Shown: positions 30,151 to 41,278 of the stretch, in pieces
Layout of the letters: every line of letters starts with the position of its first letter
Numbering within the stretch: the first letter of the stretch is position 1
DNA from: Podarcis muralis
Taxonomy: Eukaryota
Assembly (NCBI RefSeq): GCF_964188315.1
Contig: NC_135659.1
Span: 43,028,001-43,092,000, forward strand
Reading direction: 5' to 3'
DNA length: 64,000 bases
Notes under the pieces: generated by a model
Told to the model about the DNA's origin: nothing
Database searches by the model: none
What the model saw: only the letters and a program-made list of their open reading frames with translations
Translations under genes and position numbers: made by a program

Positions 30151-32431
30151 GCGAAATTTATTTAGCCAAGCAATACGTTGCATCGTCTCTCTGGTTCCTC
30201 AGGCCTCCACTTTGTGACTGCTTCTGTGGGACAAAGCCACCCAAGTCACAAGGCGAGCTCGCATTTCCCCTGATACTCATATAGCAGATAATATGGTTTA
30301 GGATTCCCACCTAATCCAGCCGTTCATTGCTGGTTTTAATTAGCAATGGAAATTTGACTTGAAATTTAAGTGAGAAATATCTGTTCTATGAGGGAAAGAA
30401 GAATGGCTCTACTTCCAGGGGGAAACATCTGCCTGCTCCTCATTTTGCTTGCCCTGGTGCCCCTTTTTTGACATTTGGATAGTCAGCCTTAGTTAAAGCC
30501 TCACCTATTTCGTTGTGTCATTCTCTCCATGCAATTGTCTCTGGGTTTGAATATGACGGCCAGATCTTCCCTCACAGGGAGTTGGCTCCTGATATGGAAG
30601 GTAGTACAGTCAGTACATGAACTTTCATGAGGGTGTTTTCCATGGGACACAAGTGCATTGTTAATGGATCTGTCCTGGACAGGATAGTGCCCAAGCTTTT
30701 GACTTCTCAGGCTAGATTAACCTTGTGCCCTGTAGATTTGAACTGTAACTCCCATCAGTCCCAGCTACCACACAGCTGTGCTGGCAGTGTTGCGGATGGG
30801 AATTGTAGTCCAGAACTTATGGAGGGCACCAGGTTGGGGGAGGTTGGGCTAGATGGCAAACAAAGCAGGGGGTTAGCTGCTAGTATACTACTTCGTGCTT
30901 ATACAACAATTCAGAGAGCTCAGAGCATTTTACTTGGAATCTCTCAATAATCCTTACAACAACTCTGCCAGGTAGATCAATATTACTATCTCCATCTTGC
31001 AGGTGGAGAATAGGGGGTGAAGATGAGAGATTGTGGCTTGCATAAAGACACCTAGTGATTTAGTGATGGAGGTGGTATTTGGAAACTTTGAAAGGGAAGC
31101 CAAATCAGAGAGTTAAGGGAAGGGGTTGACTGTTGGCCTGAGGGAAGGAGTTTGCTGCTGACACTGAACAGAGAACAAGGTAAAAAGGGTGGACAGAGGG
31201 CCATGAGCTACGGATGCCAAGGAAGTTTTGTGTGTGCTGAATTTCATGTGGTGGGTTGTATTCAACTATCTTTTATTCAGAGTAGGCGTCTTTAAATTAA
31301 TGGCTGCAATTAACTTAGGTCCAGTAATTTAAGTGAGTACAAGATAATTACTCTGAGTAAACGGTAGTTGACGGCAACCCAGTGATTTGAACTAATCAAC
31401 CAGAGAAATGGTCAGCTAAAGATCAGAAGAGGGACCTGCATTTACTGCAGTGGGATATTACACCCAAATCAACTTTTGCAACTCTGCAATCACTTCACTG
31501 TATCCCAAATTTTGGTTGGAAACCAAGGTGTCACATATGGAAAATAAGTGCCAGTGGCTGTGGTCAGGATTCTTACATTGGTTCCAACCCTTGATGTTCT
31601 TATAGGGACCACATATTCTCTCCCACTCTATGTGTAAATGGGGTTTGCATACAATTCATGCAAGTTTAAAAAATGGGGTGGATGTATTATATAAGTCCTA
31701 CTCATACAGGTGTGTCCTGTTGGGAGAAAAGAGTGCAAGGCTCACTCCCACACATTGCCGTGTACTAACTGCTTACCTGAACTATGTGTGATGTAAAGAT
31801 TCTGTGTGACCCATTGGCTTGGTTTGGACTATTTTTCTGGGCTTCTGAAACTGTGGTTCGGCCCAAAGTGTGGGAAGTCTATCTTAATAGTGGGAACTAG
31901 CAATGGGATATGGGGAACTGTACTTGTTTTGACCCTCTTTTCCTCTTCAGTGTGGATTTTTTTCATGTTTAATAGTGTGTCTGTTCATCACTTCATTTCT
32001 GGCTTTTACTAAGCCTGAGTTCCCTATTATATCTGGAGAATTTTGGATTATTGTCAGATATTATCCTGGTTGCTAACTAACTGACAGATTTACACAGTTT
32101 TGGACCCACAACTCTGGCTTTTTGTAAATCAGAAATGAAGCAGAACAGTGGAAAGGGTGTAGGTATTTGGCCCTGGCTCATGCTCCTAATTTAATAAACC
32201 ATAGTTTTTGAAACCTGGAACAATTATCTGAACTAGGCCATTGCCCCCAGCAACAGCTCCCAGCACTTTGGTAGAACCATGTTGAGGTTTTCCCAATACC
32301 CAGTACTGAGTTCTAGTGAATACAAACCCTTAAAGAGCATAGTGTCTTATAGCATTATCATTTGCTATTGCATCATTTAAAAATATATACTCTTGATTTA
32401 CATTTCTAGGTGTAACACATGAGAGAGAGAG

Positions 32432-32904
32432 ATGGCTGCTCTTAGTGGCTCAAGGAACTGTCTTTTAACTAGATTTACATCTTTGGCCTGTTGGGGAAAG
32501 TGCATTAATCCTTACAAGTTTTCCAGTGAAGCATTGAACAGACACCAGCATCAAGTGACTAAGTGCCAATCATGGAACAAAAGTAAAAACAGAAGGTGCT
32601 ACTTAATGACGGAAAGTTCCAACACCTACAGTAACCTCATTAATAAAAGTCAAGTACGGCTTTTGAACCCTAAGAATGCAGGAATTTTCAACGTTGCACA
32701 CAGCTGTTCTAGGAGGCCTTGTATTCTCTCTGAGCAAAGGGCAAGAGGACTTTTTTTTCAAAAATCTCGACACTTTACTGCTTCTCACAATGTCCAGATT
32801 CACAGGCCTTTTCACAGATCTTCAGCACTGAAGGCGGCTCCCGTTCCAATCTTGTGGATTCTATTGAAGCCTGTTCAGAAACTATTTGCTGTCATCCTTG
32901 GGAG
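32432..32904 (+). CDS. OMA1: OMA1 first coding exon (exon begins at 32410)
   Basis: ttctag|GTG acceptor at 32409; [10 protein letters not shown]...[12 protein letters not shown], donor AG|gtaaac, phase 2. Confidence 0.92.
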
Positions 32905-35900
32905 GTAAACATTAATATTGTTCTGCTACACACTATAGCAGTATCATAGAGTATACTACATTGTTGCAATGTAAATTTAGATGCAAGCTTAATAGGATAC
33001 TTTGCAAACTTCACATGAGACTGTCTGGCGTGCTCATAATGTTGCAAAGGAGCCTTGCAAATACAGTGGTACCTCAGGTTAAGTACTTAATTTGTTTCGG
33101 AGGTCTGTACTTAACCTGAAACTGTTCTTAACCTGAAGCAGCACTTTAGCTAATGGGACCTCCTGCTGCTGCCGTGCCGCCGGAGCACAATTTCTGTTCT
33201 CATCCTGAAGCAAAGTTCTTAACCCGAGGTTAAGTGGAGTCTTTAACCTGAAGCGTATGTAACCTGAAGCGTATGTAACCTGAGGTACCACTGTAGATGG
33301 TGAAAGCTCACTTTTTGTGAGAATGACTGCTGATTTTGTGTCTCTGCTCCCCTCCTCTCACCTGTTTTAAAGCCTGGTGAGGTAGCTTGGAAGAACATGT
33401 GTAACTTGGATAAAAATGGGTAAAGTACATTTCTATGCTATTTCCCAAACTGTTCCCCCAAATACGTGAATATTCTACCTCTATCCTCCAGCAAAGGATG
33501 CTAGAATAGCATTGTGGTACTTTCTGGTCCCCTGCCCGCCCTCCCAGTACTGAGGGATAATGTCTCCTGGCTCTAGGCACTAGGTTGATAGTACAGTACC
33601 ACTTTTGATTCTTGTAAAGAGGATGGGGCAGGGGCTGCAGGAAGGAGAGAGTGAATATTGTCCATTCTCGGCCTGGAACCATGATAAATCGCACCTCTGT
33701 TTCTGCGCTTTCCCATGAAAGCAGCCCCTGCTTTGGGGATATGTTTGGTTTTTATTGATTTTCATTTACCTTAGCCAAGTTTTAATTACTTGAAAGGCCA
33801 ACTGCTTCCTTGATTTGAAATCTGTGAAGCTCTCAAACACCTCTGCAGTGGAGTATGCAACTCTGTTCATCACTTTGGTGGGAAGGTGGGAATGAAGCAG
33901 AAGAAATAAACATGCTTTAAATATGCTTAGTTTGAAATGGCATCAACTTGGTGGCTTAGGTGCAGAGTGTTCTTCCTGTGCTTTTAGTTCTATACTGTCT
34001 GAGCAGTGCCTTTTTCTCCTAAATGCCACCAGCAGTTAGGCACTTTATTATCCTTTAAAAACATTTCCTCTTTATAATAAAATAAAATTTAGAATGCTTT
34101 TAACTGTGTTGCCAAGACACACCTTGTTGGGTAATTTCCACCAAGGAAGTAGTTGCGTCTCTCAAGTTTTTAACAGTGACTCAGCGCAGGGAGTTTCGTT
34201 CCTAGCTTGCAGACCAATCGGTTAACGAAATTTGGATCTTGGTAATGCACTTCTAACATCCTCATCTCTAGTCACCTTTTAAAAGGTAATTTGGCTACTA
34301 ATCTCCAATCTAGATATCATGTGCACATCAGAGGGCTGCTGCAGCACTGTCCCCATGCATGTACTATCCTGCTGAGGAAGCCACACCTTTGCAAACTTCC
34401 TGGGAAAGGAGTGGAAGGTTCTCAGAATCTGGGGCACTGCATATATAGGCCTGCGTCGCACTTGGATTTATGAGCGGTGGTAAGGGCATGTGTCTGATGC
34501 TTCACCTTGTAAGCTGTTTTTCTGGATTGGAGGTTGAGTAATTTGGGCTTAAGAATAGGTCAATCACAAAGCATGCATCTAGTTTTCTAGTACAGTGGTA
34601 CCTCTGGTTATGAACTTAATTGGTTCTTAACCTGAGGTACCACTTTAGCTAATGGGGCCTCCCGCTGCCGCCGCGCTGCCAGTGCACGATTTCTATTCTC
34701 ATCCTGGGGCAAAGTACTTAACCCGAGGTACTACTTCCGTGTTAGCCGAGTCTGTAACCTGAAGTGTTTGTAACCCAAGGTGTTTGTAACCCGAGGTACC
34801 ACTGTATATATATAGTTCGTGATCCAGAAAGTTGAGGCTTGCTGTAGTGCAGTAGAATTTTTGACTCTGAAGAGCTGACTCCTTTACTTCCCTATGCCAC
34901 GTAACAAATCGCTTTTGAAAATTATCCTCAGTTTTGGAAGTCCTCAGGTTTGCCTTGTGGCATAGAGGGAGGACTTCTGTTTGAGGAAAACAAGTATAAA
35001 ATCCCCCTTGGAGCTGCTTTTACAGTGCTCTGGATTCTGGCCATAAACTTTACATATTCACTGCGCAGGCCAAAACAGCAAATGATGCTCCACTTGTGCT
35101 TTTGCAATATGGATGTTCTGTTGCTGCTCAAGGAACCATCTATTAAATTTAAATTGTATATACAAGTTGGACCCCATGGAAAACCATCGTGGTATATGTG
35201 GTAAATCCCATCCCTTATTAAACCTTTTCTTTGTTATTAAATGAACACATTTTTCTTACTGTAAATAAGGTGTCTCAGTGTTTTGAAACTTGGTTCTTTT
35301 TCTTATTATTCCACAGAGCAGAATGTTGTTTTTTAAAATAGAATATAATAGTTAATGGTTTCTCAGCCTTTAAATATGCATTAGATTTTTGTTTTGGCTT
35401 TCCTTTTCCATTCTCAAAGGCTTCATTGAAGCCAGATTTTAGATCTGTAGAAATTACTTTAAAAAAAAAAAAGTTTAGAAGGAGAATACGTTAGATTATT
35501 GAAACTGCTGTTTGGTTCCTCAAATTTCAATTGAGCAATCTCCCACTTTTTTTTTTTTTTTTTTGGTATACTGTGCAACCTCGGGTTATGTACCATCCTG
35601 CTTACGAACGCTTCGGGTAATGAGTTCCGCTAAGTCGGAAGTAGGTGCTCCTAGCAGCAAACCTTGCCCCGGGATACGAATGGAAGCCGTGTGCCGGCGG
35701 TGTGGCGGCAGCAGGAGGCCCCATTAGCGAAAGCACGCCTCAGGTTAAGAATGGTTTCTGGTTAAGAACGGACCTCTGGAACAAATTAAGTTAGTAACCG
35801 GAGGTACGACTGTAATATCTTGCCACGTGCCTGGCATTATATTACCTCACTTTTGCTTCCTCTTCATTTGAAATGGAAGTTCTTTCTGTACAAACATGTG

Positions 35901-38900
35901 CATACTAGGTAGGTACTGCCCCATCTCTCCCTATTTATTTATTTGTCCTTGAAATCCATCTTCTTTTTAAACTCACCTTCTCAGCCTATGACTTGCCTTA
36001 ACCTGGATGCCTTAAAAGCTGCCTGATCCACCTATGGGTTTAATATGTACAGAAGCAAGACTTTATGTAGATCCCTAGCTTTGTGGGCAGCTGTATGCAT
36101 AAATGGGTCCTGGGTTCCTGTCCAGCTGTGGATATGTGCACATAGCCTTTTAAATCCCAAATATGATGCTGCCCATTTGTTTGATGAGAGTGATGGTGGT
36201 TCCACACTCACTATTTCCCATATCTTTCTCCTGTTTACTTCCCATTCAGCTTTCCTCCTTCCCTACACCAGCTCTCTCCCCCACCCCTTCTTGTTCAGCT
36301 GCCTTTCCTCATCTCTCAGACTCCTCATAACACGCAGCTAACCAATCTCCTTAGTTTGGGAGGCCCCACACTCTCCAGGTGTCAGAGACCAAGCTGAGGA
36401 GTACTGCTCTGGTGAGGAGTGGTGGGACCCTCCCCCTGCTCCTGATCAGGATCCTGAAGCTGCCCTGGAGCAGTAAAGATTTGGAACAGTGGTTTGCAGA
36501 GGGGCATAGTTCTGACAACGAACGTTGAGAAGAACTGGGGGTTGAACAGCAAAGTGAAGAAGAACAGGAAGAGAGAGAGAGCTAACAGACTCTCTCTCGC
36601 TGGAAAGTATTCAGCATATCAGTCCAAGGTCACACAGAGCAGATAAGATGGCTACACAAAAAGCATGGTGGTTGCGAGATGGAAGTGACTGGGGGGAAGT
36701 GGGGGGAAGCCTCAATTGGGAACACCTTCAATTCTAATAATGAATGCTTTGTTCTTTTGCTGTGATGATTCAAGACTCTTTAAATGGTAAGGGGCTCTTT
36801 GCTTTGTCCTGCTTATCTATGGCCAAAGGGGAGGAAGAAGCCAAGTCCCCGGAGCCTGACACCGGGTTAACCAGAAAACCTCCCTAATTCTCCATTTCTC
36901 TCATGTGTACAAGAATGTGCAGCATATCCGTTTTACTTTTGTAGAGTGAGGTATCAAAGTGAACGCTGCTGCAGCCTCATAGCTTGTTGTATCAGTGTCA
37001 CATTAAACCATAACTAAAGACAACTAACGATGTTAACTATGGTTTAATGTGAGCACTCCACATGTTAGTATATGCCACTGAAAAGGTTTTGCTCTGCTCT
37101 TTTTCTGTTTCTGCTGCTGCTAAACTTACAGGAAAGAGCCTGGCTTGTTGTTACGTCCAAACCCTATGGTTTCTTTCTTTCCAAATAAACCATCTGGCAA
37201 TCAAGGTTTGCTCTTGGCATACCACTTGTGGTTGACACGCCATGAGCCTCAGGTTGGGCACTCAAAACAAGCCAGACCATGGTTTGTTTCCTGGTGGCAC
37301 AGCAGGCGAAAGAACTTTGGGGCATCATGCACTAGCACGCTATTTGTTTGCATTAAGCAGAGAAGCTTGTCTGTTACGTTTTGACATTTATAACACATGC
37401 TGGTAGCACTGATGAGGGTGCAGCAGTCGGGGACACTTGCGATTCGCTCTGGCTTCCTCGAACTTTGCTATATTTGTGCCTTACAGGAGCATAAGAAAAT
37501 GGTGGAGGGCACTTCCTCCAAACAAGAAGGAGCTGTTTAAAGAAGCTGCAAGAAGAAATAAATGGAAGATAGCCCTGGGCCTGTGTACTTTAGGACTTGT
37601 ATTTATCCTGTTTTATTTTACTCACTTGGAAGAGACACCAATCACTGGACGTTCTCGGCTTCTGGTGTTTCGGAAAGACCATTTTGCTGAATTGTCCCAG
37701 ATGGAGTATGCCATGGTGGGTAGCTGTTTAAAAAAAGCAAACATAATAATAATTCCCCTGCCCCACTTAGCAGTAACTGAGATGACTCACAATAACAGTT
37801 CAGAGTCTCCTGCTCTACTACTTGAGACCCTTATTAATGCCCAATGCTGGTGATTGAAGATGGGAACTTATATGAAGCATATATCCTGTTTTCTGGCCTT
37901 CCCACATAGCTGAGGGAATTTTTCTTCCATTTAAGGAGTGTTGGCAGTGCAATGATTGAGAATATCTGTTTTTACTGCTTGTTACATGAGGAAGATGAAT
38001 ATTGCTTGTTAGTAAATAATATATGTATATATAATTGCTGGTGTATCCCATGTCATTAGGTCACCTTTCCTGAGTTAAATATTTTGCTCGAGCAAATCTT
38101 TAAATTTTATTCCCTAAATGGATATCGTACAGCAGGGCATGTCATTTGAGGGGGTGAAATTTATTTTTTGCAAATTTCTTCATTGAGGGGGTCTTAAAAA
38201 AACGTTTTTGGGTGCGAGGGATTCAAATCTGCTGTTATATTTGCAATTGGACAACATTTAGCTTGCTAAGACTATGTTTGCTTAAGAAGCAAATAAACTG
38301 CTTTTGGAAAGCCAAAGAATTTTAATTTTGCTTTCTGAAAGTGTCAGGTAAAATCATAAATATACATAATATAAGTAAACAAGAATAATATTAAAATATA
38401 AGTACTTGGCAGTCATTTTTAAATTATTTCTATGCAATTTTACACACATTTTATTTAGCAAACAAAATTAGATTAATGTAACCAAAATATCTTTTGAATT
38501 CCCAAGTCATTCTACAACTTTTTAGCACCCTTCATTTTGGGAATTTGGGAGCTGAAAAATTCATCATGCCCTGATGAATTTGGTGGATGTCTCCTCCCCA
38601 CTCATATGGTGGATGTCTCCTCCCCACTCTGAATTAGATTGCATCATATATTTTTTAATTTGTACTGACCTCTCTTTCATGGATATTCATGCATATTAAT
38701 GTATCTATTGCAATTTTACTTGCCTTGAATCGGTCAGTATGCTGCGTCTTCTTTTTCTTCCAGTGGGTCAAAGAATTTAAAAGCAGAATGTTGCCTGAAA
38801 CGGACCCCCGTTACCAGGAGGTCAAAAAAGTCTTTTTGCATCTGATTGACAGCAACAAGGATTTTCCAGGACTCTCTGAGTTCAAGTGGACTATCCATGT

Positions 38901-41229
38901 GGTGGAGGGACCAGACATTAATGCTGTTGTGCTTCCAGTAAGTAAAAATCAAACACCAAGAGATGTAATAATTCAGAAATAAGTTACTGACAGCGAATTC
39001 CTGTTGTCCGTGGGAGGACGTCCCAGAGGCCGAAGGGGTGAGGGTGGGGGGGTCGTAGCTCAGAGGCAGAGCATCTCCTTGCTCTTCCAGATTCAGTCCC
39101 TGGCTTCTGCAGGCGAGGCTGGGAATGTCACCAAATCTGAATCACTGGGGAGCCTCTTCCAGTCAGTGCAGACAGTGCTGGGCTTGACTTGGTACCGCTG
39201 TCCTTCCTCTGCCATTATTGCTTTCACAGTAGAGAGGGCAAAAAGGTGTTGGGGAGAAGAGGAGCTTCTAGGATCCAGCCTCCCCCAGTCCACATACACG
39301 GATTGAGAGAAAACATGTCCTGAAGTTTGTGTGCTGATTTTCTCTCCTTTTCTGACCAACGTGCAGGAAAGTCTCCCTTCCTCACCTCGCCCCCCCAAAA
39401 GAAGTGTGCTGAAGAAAAGGAGGAATAAAGAAGAAACACAACTTCTCTTTTTCCCTCCATTCTGTCTCTCACCCCCTCTCCCAATTTTTCTGCTCTGCTG
39501 GTGCTGGCCTGGCCAAGATGTGGGTTCACCCCCACCCCCCACTTTGGATAGCTCTGTGAAACAATTTGTTTGCAGTATTATTTTTCCTCTCTTTGCCTGC
39601 AGAATGGACAACTGTTTGTTTTCACTGGTATGCTATCTGCTGTGTCAGATATCAATGAGCTGTCTTTCATTCTGGGACATGAACTTGCTCATGCTGTTCT
39701 GGGACACGGGGTATGTATCCTGTTTTAAAAAGTGACGTTGCCAAAGCCCTCTGAAACTAAACACATGGTCATAGGTGACCAATGTGGAGACCACCATATT
39801 TGACTGGAATTACCCAGCGATGCTCACAGCCTGCCTCTTAGGGCTAATAAGCTTTGCTCCAAACTCTGCATCTGTGATGTTAATTGAACTGACATAGTCA
39901 GAAGTTAGGGGTGTGTCGTACAACTGAATAGCTCTTTATAGGCCTTCCTTACCCAGGGTTGGTACTTTCCAGCATCCAGTGCTTCTTCTGCCAGCATTGT
40001 GGCTTCATACAGTGTTTCTCCAAGTTGGATCTCCAGTTGGACTACAACTCCCATAATCCTTAGCTAGCAGGATGTGATGGGAGTTGTAGTCCAGCAACAG
40101 CTGGCGAACCAAGTTGGAGAAGTAACAGCAACTTCTGCGTCTTCACGTTTTGTAAAAAGGGTCGGTAGACAGCGCATCGTTTTGAATACAGAAAACCTTA
40201 AATATCCATGCGCAATATTAGGACATAAATAGGTGGTTTTTAAATACTGTTTTCCTTGTTTCAAGGCAGAGAAGGCGAGCCTGATGCATTTTGTGGATTT
40301 CGTGCTCCTCATTCTTCTCATAATGATTTGGGCTGTTTGCCCTGTAGACAGCTTAGCGATCGTAGGCCACTGGCTCCAAGCCTGGTTTCAAGAGGTAAGA
40401 TGATCACCGTTCTACAGAGCATTCGTCTAGCTCCTGCATCGGGGGTGTTCTTTGTGGGGGGAGGTCTCTGTATTACAGGACACAGTGCTTCATTTAATAG
40501 ACTATGGACCTGATCTAGCAGTAAACTTGCGGTCTTAAGTCAGCTTGTGTGTTGGATCTAAGAAGGGGAAAGAAACTGCAGTTCAGCCTGGGTGAGTAGC
40601 TAATTACAAGCCCGGGCTTGCCTTTTCCCCATGGGAAGCAGGTCTTGATCTCACTGTTTTAAAAATAAGACGGTTGCAACAAAGGTAGGTCATTTCATGG
40701 GTGTATTATGCATACTGTCATAGGTGTGGTTTGTTTGTTTGTTTTTAAAAAACACCATTGGATTGATTCACGAAAGACACATATATTGCCTTCTAGTTTG
40801 TAAACTTCAGACTGTTGTGAGCTGGGAGTCAACGCTAGGAAATGGAAGTACTTTGTTATTTCCCTGGCCGCTGCTCTGAGCCAGTAAACATTTTTCTTAT
40901 AAATTCGTTCTGCTGGCCCTAGACATACTACTGAGTGGAGCATACTTACCTAGAATCAATAATTTAAATTCTACTGTAGCATTCATCACCCACAATGTTC
41001 AATCTCTGGAGGATGGCATGCATTTTGCAATAGAACTTCCTTCTCCTTTTATGCCTTTGCATTTTTAAAGGTTAGCTTGATCACCCAGAAAACGATTTAA
41101 AATGCAATATTGTTCTTCGTACATCTGTTGAGCCAATATTGTGCTATTTTAACATTCTTGGGTAAAACCCACAGATCTCCCCAAGTGATCCGAGAACCTC
41201 AGATGCCCTGAGATCCTTCCACTTGGGCT

Positions 41230-41278
<49 letters not shown>

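Noticed and set aside
36762-36861. C/D-box snoRNA (GTGATGA...CTGA)
   Set aside because: Lies within a solo LTR terminus; no convincing terminal stem or guide
39093-39611. 172-aa minus-strand ORF
   Set aside because: Antisense to a pyrimidine-rich intron and a SINE remnant; low complexity
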